Origin: an uncultured Chloroflexia bacterium
GTDB taxonomy: Bacteria; Chloroflexota; Anaerolineae; B4-G1; SLSP01
Length of the DNA: 64,000 bases
Reading direction: 5' to 3'
NCBI GenBank assembly: GCA_963751345.1
Contig: CAVVUS010000018.1
Coordinates: 192,001-256,000, forward strand
Shown: in pieces, positions 17,826 to 28,050 of the stretch
How the letters are laid out: each line of letters starts with the position of its first letter
How positions within the stretch are numbered: position 1 is the first letter of the stretch
Translations under genes and position numbers: made by a program
The notes under the pieces: model-generated
Seen by the model: only the letters and a program-made list of their open reading frames with translations
Told to the model about the DNA's origin: nothing
Database searches by the model: none

Positions 17826-19186
17826 TCGTTGCTGGGCGGCAGCGTCTGGAAGGAGGCCAAGATCTGATCCATCTCATTTCGTGCTGCCTCGGGTAGATCG
17901 ATGTCTGCATAGGCCACTTGTTCCGGATCCTCCGTCAGTGCGATGTAGAACTCCAGGGCGTCATCCCTGTAGGTGAGGAACACCATCTTCACCTTGTCGT
18001 CGAGTACCAGCACGTTACGAGGCGCAGCTTCGTGCAGGAACGACGCGGTGCCGGCTTCCATGACCAGACCCTCGGGGGTTGTAGCGGGCCCGATAACGTC
18101 GGGGCTATCAGCCTGCTTGTACTGGACAGTCAGGATGTAGTTGTCCTGACGGAGGGTTAGCGTCGGGGCGTTGGGTGGTTCGGTTAGCTCTCGCAACGTC
18201 CAGGCGGGTGGGTAGCGGAAGCTAAACCCCGGCACCGTCTCCGTAGTGGTGTAGGTCTGCCACCCCGGATAGGGATCTGCCGAGGCTGCCTCGCCGATGC
18301 GATTGAACGTCGCGAGGATCCGGTCGAAGTCCTCCTGTGCGGAAGCCGGGATCTCTATGACATCATATGCCTCGTGCGCTCGAATGTCGTCCATCTGGAT
18401 GTAGAATTCCAGGTCACCGAATCTCTCTCCAACGAAGACCGCCTTGTCTTTACCTTCATAGACCAGCACGTGCTTCGGCAGGACTCGGTCGAGCAGGGTG
18501 ACCGTGCCACGGTCTTGGACCTCTCCGTCGGTAAGGCTCCCCGGCCCCAAGGTCGCTTCCTGCTCGGGTTTCTTGAACTCCACCCGGATCTCCATCGAGC
18601 CCTGGACGAGCCTGACGGCATCCGCCACCGGTTCGCCGGCGGAGTCGGGGGAGCGGTCCGTCAGCAGCTCGAGCGACCAGGTCGGCGGGTAGCTGAAGCC
18701 AAAGCCGTAATCCGCGTTGACGTACCGGGGCCAATCGGCCTGGGATTCGGGGGTGGATGTGGGAACCGGTGTCTCGGTCGGTGGAGCGACCGTCTCCTGG
18801 GTTGGGAGTGTGACCGTATCTTCGGGCGGAAGCGCGCCCGTGCAGCGCCAGTTGATCTCCGCCTGTCTTGTGTTGACGTCGACCACGCAGGCAGGAGCGC
18901 ATCCGGGTCGCTCGATATCCATATCGATCCACCAGGTGCCGGTGGTCGTATTGCATTGGGCGGTGTCGGTGAGACTCCCCTCGTCGACGCAAGGGCTCTC
19001 GCTCGCAATGACGACCGCCTCCTCGTATTCGAGCTCCGCACCGGTTTGATCGTCAACGCACAGACTCTCGGCGGGGCCGACCTCGGGTGGAAGCAGGGGG
19101 GGAGGCGTCTCCTTGGGCCCGCACGCGCTCATCACCACCATAATCGAGAGCAGACACCCGACAATCGCTACAAGTCGCTTGACCAT
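17822..19186 (-). CDS. Lipoprotein with six-Cys domain and two tandem PsbP-like repeats
   Basis: Lipobox MSAC; C...C...CN..TGTWWID...GC.PACVV...INWRCTG; repeats W..Y...GF.F.YPP.W...F/MD.ILA. Confidence 0.7.
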   Translation of the reverse strand: MVKRLVAIVGCLLSIMVVMSACGPKETPPPLLPPEVGPAESLCVDDQTGAELEYEEAVVIASESPCVDEGSLTDTAQCNTTTGTWWIDMDIERPGCAPACVVDVNTRQAEINWRCTGALPPEDTVTLPTQETVAPPTETPVPTSTPESQADWPRYVNADYGFGFSYPPTWSLELLTDRSPDSAGEPVADAVRLVQGSMEIRVEFKKPEQEATLGPGSLTDGEVQDRGTVTLLDRVLPKHVLVYEGKDKAVFVGERFGDLEFYIQMDDIRAHEAYDVIEIPASAQEDFDRILATFNRIGEAASADPYPGWQTYTTTETVPGFSFRYPPAWTLRELTEPPNAPTLTLRQDNYILTVQYKQADSPDVIGPATTPEGLVMEAGTASFLHEAAPRNVLVLDDKVKMVFLTYRDDALEFYIALTEDPEQVAYADIDLPEAARNEMDQILASFQTLPPSNE

Positions 19187-19393
19187 ATTGCCCTCCTCTT
19201 TGTCCTACCTGAGTATAAATACGATCTCGTGGTGTGGCAATCACAGGAGAGCTGAATAGGGGGTATGGGACAACCGCAGCGTTCTGTGTGTCATCTCCAC
19301 CGCCCTGTTCTTGAGTGCGTGGCTCTCCGTGCTACAATCGTAGCTCGTGCTCAGGAGCCGAATTCATGTCGAGGCAATAGTGTGGAGAAACGA

Positions 19394-21238
19394 GTGAACA
19401 ATCAGCATACAGGTGGGCGTCCCGTTGAGTTTTCTGTGGATCTACAGCCCACGGGGCGGCGGACATCGGTGCCTGCGGGCAAGACGCTTCTCGACGCGGC
19501 GCAGCGGGCCGGGGTCGAGATCGTCGCGGTTTGCGGCGGGGCAGGGTCGTGTGGGAAATGCCGAATCCAGCGAATTGAGGGTCTTCTTTCGCCGCCTACG
19601 GTCGATGAGCAGCGCTTTTTCAGGGAGGACGAGCTTGCTGCCGGATACCGGTTGGCGTGCCAGGCGCTTCCTTTGAGTGACGTGAAGATCAATATTCCTC
19701 CGGAGTCGCTCAGCACCCCACAGCGTCTTCAGGTGGAGGGTCAGGAAACGGAGATCACACCTGAACCTGTGATTGAAGTGGTGGATGTTGAGTTGGTACC
19801 GCCCAAGCTGCAGGATCTCCGGGCGGATACCGTGCGCCTCACCGATGCCCTGGCAGAGCGGGGAATGTCCCGCCCCTTCTTTGGCCAACCGGTGCTGCGC
19901 TCGCTCTCCACCAAACTACGCGCACAAGCCTGGTCCGGGCGTCTCGTATTGCGTCACCGGGGGCCGGGGCGAGAGACGGTCGGCCTGCTCCCGCGCGAGG
20001 AAGCCGTAGTCGGGCTTGCCGTGGACATTGGCACCACGAAGATTGCTGCCTACCTCGTCGATCTGTTCACCGGGCGAACACTGGCGATGGACGGGCTGAT
20101 GAACCCCCAGATAGCCTATGGCGAGGACGTCGTCAGCCGTATCGCCTATGCAAACGAGCACCCTGACGGTCGCCAGATCCTGCAGGAGCGGCTTGTCTCC
20201 GGCCTGAATGATCTGACAGGCAGTTTGTGTAAGACTGCGGGGGTGCGTCGAGACCAGGTCGTGGATGCGGTCGTCGTGGGCAACACGGCCATCCATCATC
20301 TCTTCTGCGGTCTGCCTGTGGAGCAATTGGGGGCTTCTCCCTACATCGCGGCGGTCAGTGAACCCCTGGATATTGAGGCGGTGGATCTGGGACTCGAGCT
20401 TTCACCGGGGGCGCAGGTCTACCTGCCCCCGAATATCGCGGGCTATGTGGGCGCGGATCACGTGTCGATGTTGTTGGCGACCGAGGCTTGGCGGGCCGAG
20501 GTGCCCACGATTGCTCTCGACATCGGCACGAACACGGAGATCAGCCTCGCGATGAACGGCGAGCTGCTCAGTTGCTCCTGTGCCTCCGGTCCGGCCTTTG
20601 AGGGCGCCCATATCCACGCAGGGATGCGAGCAGCGCCGGGCGCCGTGGAGTACGTGCAGATCACGCAAGACAGCATCCGCGTCCAGACCATTGGGAATCG
20701 CCCCGCGGTCGGGATCTGCGGGTCCGGTATTCTTGATGTCGTGGCCGGGCTGCGTGCGGCGAATATCGTCGGGTCGACCGGGCGCATGAATCAGAGTCAC
20801 CCCTGGGTCGTCCCCTGGCAAGGAGGCGGGGCATTTCGCCTGGTTCCGCAAGCGGGGACCGGTAATGGGCACGATCTGCTCGTCACCCGCCGTGACGTCA
20901 ATGAGATTCAACTTGCCAAGGGGGCGATACGCGCGGGGGTTGACGTCCTCCTCAATGAAGCTGGTCTGGGATATGATGATCTTGGAGCTTTCATCGTCGC
21001 CGGCGCTTTCGGGACCTACCTGGACCTGAAGAGCGCCACACAAATCGGCATGTTCCCGCCACTTCCCCTCAACCGCTTCAGGCAAGTGGGCAATGCTGCA
21101 GGCACCGGTGCCAGGCAGATGCTTATCTCGGGGGCGCGGCGACGTCTGGCGGAGGCCATCGTCGATCGGGTTCATTACATCGAACTCACGGCGCACCCAA
21201 GTTTCACCGACATCTACATGTCGGCAATGGTGCTCTGA
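19394..21238 (+). CDS. ASKHA-domain [2Fe-2S] ATPase, RACo/RamA-type reductive activator of corrinoid proteins (DUF4445)
   Basis: CGGAGSCGKC...RLACQ ferredoxin; DIGTT, NPQIAYGEDVVSRI, DIGTNTE, GPAFEG, GICGSG, AGAFG, GNAA. Confidence 0.9.
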   Translation: MNNQHTGGRPVEFSVDLQPTGRRTSVPAGKTLLDAAQRAGVEIVAVCGGAGSCGKCRIQRIEGLLSPPTVDEQRFFREDELAAGYRLACQALPLSDVKINIPPESLSTPQRLQVEGQETEITPEPVIEVVDVELVPPKLQDLRADTVRLTDALAERGMSRPFFGQPVLRSLSTKLRAQAWSGRLVLRHRGPGRETVGLLPREEAVVGLAVDIGTTKIAAYLVDLFTGRTLAMDGLMNPQIAYGEDVVSRIAYANEHPDGRQILQERLVSGLNDLTGSLCKTAGVRRDQVVDAVVVGNTAIHHLFCGLPVEQLGASPYIAAVSEPLDIEAVDLGLELSPGAQVYLPPNIAGYVGADHVSMLLATEAWRAEVPTIALDIGTNTEISLAMNGELLSCSCASGPAFEGAHIHAGMRAAPGAVEYVQITQDSIRVQTIGNRPAVGICGSGILDVVAGLRAANIVGSTGRMNQSHPWVVPWQGGGAFRLVPQAGTGNGHDLLVTRRDVNEIQLAKGAIRAGVDVLLNEAGLGYDDLGAFIVAGAFGTYLDLKSATQIGMFPPLPLNRFRQVGNAAGTGARQMLISGARRRLAEAIVDRVHYIELTAHPSFTDIYMSAMVL

Positions 21239-21291
21239 TGGCAGGATCATAGGCCTCCGGATGCACCTGCAAATGTGATGGACCTCGGGAG

Positions 21292-22311
21292 GTGAAGATG
21301 GCTGAGCTCCCTATTGTGGGCATCACCTTGGGAGATGTGGCTGGCATCGGTCCTGAGGTCGTCCTTAAGGCTCTGGGACACCCTGATGTCTACGATGTCT
21401 GTCGCCCGCTGGTCATTGGGGACGCACGTGTCGAGGGGTTGGAACGTTTGAACGTTCAAACGCTGCAATATGTCGACGCTCAGACGCTGGCCCGCCTGGA
21501 TTGGTCTCCGGGTAGCATAGTGTTGCTGGACCTTCACAACCTGGCGTTGGACGAGATCACGGTCGGGCAGCTCTGTCCCGCCGCGGGACGCGCTGCTGTG
21601 GAATACGTACTGCGGGCGACGGAGTTGGCTCAGAGCGGCGTGATAGATGCCGTGGCCACAGCACCACTGAACAAAGAGGCCATGCGGCTCGCCGGCTATC
21701 ATTACATCGGACATACTGAGATCCTGGCTGAGGTCACGGGAACTCTGCAGTGCACGACGATGTTGGCAACGCCGGGCCTGCGGGTGACTCACGTCACCCG
21801 CCACATCCCTTTTCGTGATATTGCGGCTCAAATCACGAAAGATAACGTCCTTGATACCATTCTCCTTACGCATGAGGGCATGCTGACGCTTGGTTACGGT
21901 CACCCCAGGTTGGCCGTGGCCGGCCTTAACCCTCACAATGGAGAAGGAGGTCTGATCGGCCGCGAGGAGATCGATGAGATCGCGCCGGCCGTGCGCACAG
22001 CGTTGGAAATGGGGATCGACGTGCACGGCCCTATTCCTGCCGATTCGGTTTTCTTCCAGGCGATTCGCGGCGACTACGACGTCGTCGTCACGATGTATCA
22101 CGATCAGGGCCACGTCGCGGTCAAGACCCATGGATTTGACCAATCCATCACGATTACGTTAGGACTCCCCATCATTCGCACGTCGGCGGACCACGGTACG
22201 GCCTTTGACATCGCAGGCCGAGGAATTGCGTCCGAAGCCAGCATGCTTGCCGCCATCACTGAGGCCGCGCGGATGGCCCAACAGCGCGCCAGTCGGCGCA
22301 TCGAGGCTTGA
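21292..22311 (+). CDS. pdxA: 4-hydroxythreonine-4-phosphate dehydrogenase family (PdxA/PdxA2)
   Basis: GDVAGIGPE, TAPLNK, GHTE, LNPHNGE, MYHDQG, RTSADHGTAFDIAG. Confidence 0.92.
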   Translation: MKMAELPIVGITLGDVAGIGPEVVLKALGHPDVYDVCRPLVIGDARVEGLERLNVQTLQYVDAQTLARLDWSPGSIVLLDLHNLALDEITVGQLCPAAGRAAVEYVLRATELAQSGVIDAVATAPLNKEAMRLAGYHYIGHTEILAEVTGTLQCTTMLATPGLRVTHVTRHIPFRDIAAQITKDNVLDTILLTHEGMLTLGYGHPRLAVAGLNPHNGEGGLIGREEIDEIAPAVRTALEMGIDVHGPIPADSVFFQAIRGDYDVVVTMYHDQGHVAVKTHGFDQSITITLGLPIIRTSADHGTAFDIAGRGIASEASMLAAITEAARMAQQRASRRIEA

Positions 22312-22461
22312 GACAGTAGTATTGTTATCGAATCGTAACGTTACGTGTAATTGCGGCCGCCCCAACTATCGCCTATAATAAGTGTGCGAGGCTTGCACCC
22401 AGACGGGGGCCGGCCTGGCATACACGATGCGGGTGGATGAGTTAGGAGAGATCGTATCGAG

Positions 22462-24606
22462 ATGGCAGACGTAGGATCGGACAACTCCAATCGCTGTATC
22501 CTGATCGTAGACGACTCGCCTATGAGTCTGCGTCTCCTGACGCATATGGTCACGATGCACGGGTATCACGCGGAATCCATGGGCAGCGGGCGCGAGGCCC
22601 TTGACTTCGCGCTTTCCTCGCCGCCCGATCTGGTGTTGCTCGATATCATGATGCCCGACATGGATGGGTTCCAAGTCGCGGAGCAGTTGAAAGCTGACGA
22701 CAGGACCCGTGACATTCCCATCATCTTCATCAGCGCGCTCAGCGACGAGCAGAGCAAGGTCAAGGCTTTCACGGCCGGTGGGGTCGATTACGTATCCAAG
22801 CCCCTCCACGTCAACGAGGTCATCGCGCGCGTTGGGACCCATCTCAGACTGCGTGAGGCAACCCAGCGACTGCAGCACGAGCTTGTGGAGCGCGAGGATT
22901 TGATCGCCGAGCTCGATACTGTCAACGAACAACTCAAACAGGAGATTGTCGAGCGTGAGGCAGCCCAGAAAGCACGTGAGGCATCTCTTGAGCTATTACG
23001 TCGGGCCCTGGCAAAGTCAGAGGCCCTGTACCGTATCACCCGCTCGCTCATCACCAGTGAGGATATTCCGGAGATGCTGGAGACCGTGGCGGCTAGCGCC
23101 GCGCAAGCCCTACCGGCAGATCGCGTGATCGCGGTCACGTTGGATTTGGATGCCGAGGTGGTGACCGCCTTCGCCAAGGGCGGTCCCGGCGCCGATGCGG
23201 TGGGAGAGCCTTCGTATTCGGAGCTCATGGAGGGTCTGACGGGCTGGTCCGTAGAGCGTGTGCAGCCGGTGATCTCGCCAAAGGGCCAGCAGGACCCGAG
23301 GGAAAGCCCAATGGCCAGGCTTCGTCGCCAGGCGATGGAATGTGGCGGGATTTTGGTGGCCCCGCTCTGCTTCCAGGGCAGGATGATGGGCACGATGACC
23401 GCTATCAACCGTCCGGACCAACCTGATTTCGACGAAGAGGACCTGGCTCAACTCAATGCGATTGCCGGGCAGGCTGCCGTTGCCCTGGCCAACGCCAAGC
23501 TTTCAGACGAGACTGCCTATCTCAAGGAGTTCAACGAGGGGATTGTCCAGGGCGTCGCCGAGGCGATCCTTCTGACGGACACGAATCAGGAAGTTACTTT
23601 TGCCAACCCGGCTGCTGTGGCGATGCTTGGATACTCCCCGAATCGCCTCATTGGGCAGTCATGTGCGGCGTTGTTCCTATCAGATGAGGATGACGGGGTC
23701 GCGAAGGGTGTGACCGCCTGTAGGGAAGGCGTTGCGGCCCGCTTCGAGACACTCTTGCGGGCCCAGGACGGGTCTCCACTGCCCGTTCTGGCGAGTATGC
23801 GCCCACTCTATCAAGACGATGTCGTGACCGGCAGCCTCGTGGCCCTGACGGATATCACCGAGATCAAACAAGCGGAAAAACAACTTCGGCAGTACGCGTC
23901 CGATCTGGAGGCGCAGAATGCCGAACTGGACGCCTTCGCCCATACGGTGGCCCACGATCTGCGAAGTCCTCTCACCGGTATCATCGGGTTCGTCGATCTC
24001 CTGGAGGCCACCATTTCCAGGTATCAGGACGCGGAAATGCTGGAGTATGTCCAGTATCTGCAGCGCAACAGTGCCAAGATGAACAACATCATTGACGAGT
24101 TGTTATTGCTTGCCACCGTCCGTGCAGTTGATGAAGTTGAGGTTAGCCCTTTGAACATGGGGCGTATTGTCCGTGAGGCGAGGAGTCGACTGGACTATCT
24201 GATCGACGAGTACGGGGCGGAGCTGTCGATCGGTGACGTGTGGCCGTCGGCTATGGGCTATGGCCCGTGGGTGGAGGAGGTGTGGGTAAACTACCTGAGC
24301 AATGCCGTGAAGTACGGTGGGAATCCGGACAACGGCATTCCTCCGCAGATACACCTCGGCGTCGATGAGCAAAACGGGAATGGTCAGGTCCGCTTCTGGG
24401 TGCGCGATAACGGGCAGGGGCTAAGCCCAGAACAACAGCAGCAGCTTTTCACGCCGTTTGAGCGGCTGCACAACGTGCGGGCTGAGGGCCATGGACTTGG
24501 GCTCTCCATTGTGCGCAGAATTCTCGAAAAACTGGGCGGCCACGCTGGCGTCGAAAGCACCCCGGGTGAGGGAAGCGCCTTCTACTTTACGCTGCCCAGG
24601 GCCTGA
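22462..24606 (+). CDS. Hybrid response regulator-GAF-PAS-histidine kinase
   Basis: REC (IVDD, LLDIMMP, KP), GAF, PAS, AHDLRSP H-box, SNAVKYG, DNGQG, GLGLSIV. Confidence 0.9.
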   Translation: MADVGSDNSNRCILIVDDSPMSLRLLTHMVTMHGYHAESMGSGREALDFALSSPPDLVLLDIMMPDMDGFQVAEQLKADDRTRDIPIIFISALSDEQSKVKAFTAGGVDYVSKPLHVNEVIARVGTHLRLREATQRLQHELVEREDLIAELDTVNEQLKQEIVEREAAQKAREASLELLRRALAKSEALYRITRSLITSEDIPEMLETVAASAAQALPADRVIAVTLDLDAEVVTAFAKGGPGADAVGEPSYSELMEGLTGWSVERVQPVISPKGQQDPRESPMARLRRQAMECGGILVAPLCFQGRMMGTMTAINRPDQPDFDEEDLAQLNAIAGQAAVALANAKLSDETAYLKEFNEGIVQGVAEAILLTDTNQEVTFANPAAVAMLGYSPNRLIGQSCAALFLSDEDDGVAKGVTACREGVAARFETLLRAQDGSPLPVLASMRPLYQDDVVTGSLVALTDITEIKQAEKQLRQYASDLEAQNAELDAFAHTVAHDLRSPLTGIIGFVDLLEATISRYQDAEMLEYVQYLQRNSAKMNNIIDELLLLATVRAVDEVEVSPLNMGRIVREARSRLDYLIDEYGAELSIGDVWPSAMGYGPWVEEVWVNYLSNAVKYGGNPDNGIPPQIHLGVDEQNGNGQVRFWVRDNGQGLSPEQQQQLFTPFERLHNVRAEGHGLGLSIVRRILEKLGGHAGVESTPGEGSAFYFTLPRA

Positions 24607-24646
24607 GAAACGGGCGCAGTTGTCAGATGGCGGAGGAGGGATCGGA

Positions 24647-26299
24647 ATGAGTGTCAGTGAGCTGGCGGGAAAGAAGGCTCCCCGAGAGCTGTTGGTCGAT
24701 GTGCCCCGGCTGGTGGCGATGTACTACACGCTGCACCCTGACCCGACTGTGCGCGCCCAGCGTGTAGCGTTTGGCACGTCCGGGCATCGGGGCTCCTCGT
24801 TAGAGGTCGGTTTCAACGAGGATCATATCCTGGCGACGGCACAGGCCGTCTGTGAGATCCGGAAGGCTAACGGTGTCACCGGCCCCTTGTTTGTAGGACG
24901 GGACACCCATGCGCTCTCTGAACCGGCGCTCGACACGGCCCTCGAGGTCTTTGCGGCCAACGGCGTGGACGTGATGGTGCAGGAGGGCAGGGGGTACACG
25001 CCGACACCTGTCATCTCCCACGCGATCCTGACCTTCAACCGGGGGCGTGACGCCGGACTGGCCGATGGTGTGGTGATCACACCCTCGCATAATCCGCCGG
25101 CGGATGGTGGCTTCAAGTACAATCCCCCGGAGGGCGGTCCCGCCGATACGCAGACCACCCGGCGTATCCAGGAACGGGCCAACGAGATCCTGGAGAAGGG
25201 CATGGAGGGTGTCAGGCGAGTTCCCCTGGTCAGGGCACTTAACGCCGAGACGACCCATCAGCACGACTACGTCATGCCCTACGTGACCGACCTGAAGAAC
25301 GTGCTGGATATGGAGGCCATCGCCGCGGCGGGCCTCAAGATCGGCGTCGATCCCCTCGGCGGCGCGTCTGTGGGGTTCTGGGACCCGATTGCCGAGACCT
25401 ACGGTCTTGACTTGGAGGTTGTAAACCGCGTTGTGGATCCCACCTTCTCGTTTATGACGGTCGACCATGACGGCCAGATCCGGATGGATTGCTCCTCACC
25501 CTATGCGATGGCAAGTCTCATCGACTTGAGGGACCAGTTCGATATCGCGTTTGGTGCCGACCCGGATGCGGACCGGCACGGGATTGTCACGCGCAGCGTC
25601 GGGCTGATGAACCCAAACCACTATCTCTCGGTCGCCGTCTGGTATCTCTACCAAAACCGCCCTGCGTGGGGTGATGATGTCGCGGTGGGAAAGACGCTCG
25701 TCTCCAGTTCGGTCATCGATCGCGTCGTCTCGGATCTCGGTCGTCGGCTGTGTGAAGTCCCGGTGGGGTTCAAGTACTTCTCCGATGGGCTCTACTCGGG
25801 AGCCCTGGGCTTCGGGGGTGAGGAGAGCGCCGGTGGCTCTTTCCTGCGGAAGGATGGCACCGTCTGGACGACGGATAAGGACGGCATCATCCTCGACTTG
25901 CTGGCGGCTGAGATCATGGCCAAGACCGGTCGCGATCCGGGAGAGCACTACCAGGCGTTGGAGGCTCGCTTCGGCCACTCGGTCTACGAGCGCATCGATG
26001 CGCCCGCCACCGTTGCACAGAAGGCGGTGCTGGCCGATCTCTCCCCCGAAAGTGTCGAGGAGCAGAACCTGGCGGGCGAGAAGATCGTCGCGAAGCTCAC
26101 CCGTGCGCCATGCAACGACGCACCCATCGGCGGACTCAAGGTTGTGGCCGAGAACGGGTGGTTCGCTGCCCGTCCCTCGGGTACCGAGGATATCTACAAG
26201 ATCTACGCGGAGAGCTTTAAGGGCTCCGAGCACCTCAAGAGGGTCCAGAAAGAAGCCCAGGCCATCGTAGCCGCGGCTTTCAAAACAGCCGGCGTCTGA
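24647..26299 (+). CDS. pgm: Phosphoglucomutase (alpha-D-glucose-1,6-bisphosphate dependent)
   Basis: [34 protein letters not shown]. Confidence 0.95.
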   Translation: MSVSELAGKKAPRELLVDVPRLVAMYYTLHPDPTVRAQRVAFGTSGHRGSSLEVGFNEDHILATAQAVCEIRKANGVTGPLFVGRDTHALSEPALDTALEVFAANGVDVMVQEGRGYTPTPVISHAILTFNRGRDAGLADGVVITPSHNPPADGGFKYNPPEGGPADTQTTRRIQERANEILEKGMEGVRRVPLVRALNAETTHQHDYVMPYVTDLKNVLDMEAIAAAGLKIGVDPLGGASVGFWDPIAETYGLDLEVVNRVVDPTFSFMTVDHDGQIRMDCSSPYAMASLIDLRDQFDIAFGADPDADRHGIVTRSVGLMNPNHYLSVAVWYLYQNRPAWGDDVAVGKTLVSSSVIDRVVSDLGRRLCEVPVGFKYFSDGLYSGALGFGGEESAGGSFLRKDGTVWTTDKDGIILDLLAAEIMAKTGRDPGEHYQALEARFGHSVYERIDAPATVAQKAVLADLSPESVEEQNLAGEKIVAKLTRAPCNDAPIGGLKVVAENGWFAARPSGTEDIYKIYAESFKGSEHLKRVQKEAQAIVAAAFKTAGV

Positions 26300-26310
26300 T
26301 TCCCACAAGC

Positions 26311-26372
26311 AAGACCTTTGGGGTTTCCTTGTCGAGCAGATGCCCACTCGACAGGAAGACCCCAAAGGTCTT
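26311..26372. repeat. REP-like long inverted repeat between convergent genes
   Basis: AAGACCTTTGGGGT...ACCCCAAAGGTCTT with inner TGTCGAG/CTCGACA stem. Confidence 0.6.
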
Positions 26373-26397
26373 AGACTAGCAACGATCCAACACCTCT

Positions 26398-27954
26398 TTA
26401 CGGCTGAATCACCACCGTGACCCCCACTTCCGCCCAATCGTAGAGCGTTTCCGCTGCAGGGATGCCCAGGATGATGCAGCCGAAGGACGCCGGGTGCCCG
26501 AGTGACCCTTCCCAGAGCCGGTTGCCGCTCGCAAGGATCGGCAGCTCGTGGAATCCATTCTCCACGCCGCCGCCCGCCGAGTAGACAGAGAGAAAATACG
26601 GCATCCACAGATCCCATTGGGAGGCGTAGGCCTTTTCGTATTTGCCGAGTATCTGGAAGGTCCCCGCGTCGGTTGGCGAATCCTTTATCCCGGTCGAGAC
26701 CGTCCAGTCCCAAAGCAGGGCCCCATTTTCGTACACCCAGGTGTGCTGCTCGGCCAAGCTCACGACGACCTTCTTGCCGAGAACCGGCATATTCGGCGTC
26801 AGGATGTCCTGGGAGGGGATGTGGATCTCCTGCCCGACGGAAAGCTTGTTGATATCGATGTCGGTATTGGCTTCAGCAACCAACCCTGGGGGCATGCCAA
26901 ACTTCCCCGACAGGCTCGTGAGGGTATCCCCCGCCTCCACGGCATAGGTGCGCTCAGGATGAGTCAGATAGAGCCAGAGGGTGGTCGCGCCGGCGTCGAA
27001 GGCGTCAAACACCTTGCCGGCAGCCTCGTCGTACCGGAAGCCTCTCCCGTCGCCCAGACCTGATGCAAGGCCGACGAGTGTATCCCGAATCGCGTACTGA
27101 TTGATGTCGACGGACGGCTTTCCTCCCTCCCCCGGCACCAGGTAAAGCCACGTTCCGATGTCATCGCGGCCCAGGGTCCAACTCAACGTTTCGTCCGTGA
27201 GGACGTCATATGTCATCAATGTGATCTGGCGTGAGACCAACACTTCGGCCTCAGCTTTGATATCGCCTGCATCTAGCTCTGCGGGAGGCGTGGTCTGGAA
27301 GGCCAGGGGGACCTCCACGCGATAGGGCGTGCCGCTGGCCTCGCGCAGTTTGGCAAGCGTCGTCGGAATGTCTACCACGCGGCCCGTTTGGCCGGGAACG
27401 ATCACGATCTCCCCGTTCTCCAGCTTGAGCGAGGGGTCAACGGTCGGCTGCGAGATCTCCTGGTCGACCTCTGTCAGCAGCGTACGTGCGGCTGTTGTGT
27501 CGAAGAGGAAGCGCGGAGCGACGTCACGATAGTAAAGCCAAACCTCGGCTTGCTCCTGCCAGTTCCCGCCGCGGCCCACGTTGTAGGCGGCCTGGGCTGT
27601 TCCTTGGACGTCAACCCGCAGGCCACCCATCGACCAGGGATAGGACCAGCGTTGCTCGCCATCCGTGAGCACCAGCAAGCCGGTATCCACCTGATCGGCG
27701 ACACCTTCCAGCGCCGCAGCCGCCTCGTCGACGGACATGCCCCCAAGATCGATGCCGAGGGCATAGACGTTGGGATAGACGTGGTCTCTGTAGATGCGGT
27801 CCATCCGTTGCACGAAGACCCAGCCACAGAAGACGCTGAGGCCGATGAGCATGGCGAGCAGGACGAAAGCCAGCCCGGCAACCCCGACGGCGCTCTCCGG
27901 CTTGGCCGATGCGACAGTCCTGCTTGCTGCTTGGCGCGATGTACTTGCGACCAT
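26398..27954 (-). CDS. Membrane-anchored L,D-transpeptidase with PG-binding (YoaR/VanW-like) and LysM domains
   Basis: TM; GIDLGGMS...; YAVEAGDTL LysM; GFHELP...SFGCIIL catalytic His/Cys. Confidence 0.85.
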   Translation of the reverse strand: MVASTSRQAASRTVASAKPESAVGVAGLAFVLLAMLIGLSVFCGWVFVQRMDRIYRDHVYPNVYALGIDLGGMSVDEAAAALEGVADQVDTGLLVLTDGEQRWSYPWSMGGLRVDVQGTAQAAYNVGRGGNWQEQAEVWLYYRDVAPRFLFDTTAARTLLTEVDQEISQPTVDPSLKLENGEIVIVPGQTGRVVDIPTTLAKLREASGTPYRVEVPLAFQTTPPAELDAGDIKAEAEVLVSRQITLMTYDVLTDETLSWTLGRDDIGTWLYLVPGEGGKPSVDINQYAIRDTLVGLASGLGDGRGFRYDEAAGKVFDAFDAGATTLWLYLTHPERTYAVEAGDTLTSLSGKFGMPPGLVAEANTDIDINKLSVGQEIHIPSQDILTPNMPVLGKKVVVSLAEQHTWVYENGALLWDWTVSTGIKDSPTDAGTFQILGKYEKAYASQWDLWMPYFLSVYSAGGGVENGFHELPILASGNRLWEGSLGHPASFGCIILGIPAAETLYDWAEVGVTVVIQP

Positions 27955-28050
27955 CCGTCCCCCTCACTACCTACATTATTACCCTAAGTATAGCACACCA
28001 TTGTCTTCTAATTTACCAACGTCTCAGCGCCGAGGAAGGTTCCATCTACC

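Noticed and set aside
22334-22345. Palindrome CGTAACGTTACG as a LacI-type operator
   Set aside because: Single short site with no cognate regulator nearby; insufficient support.
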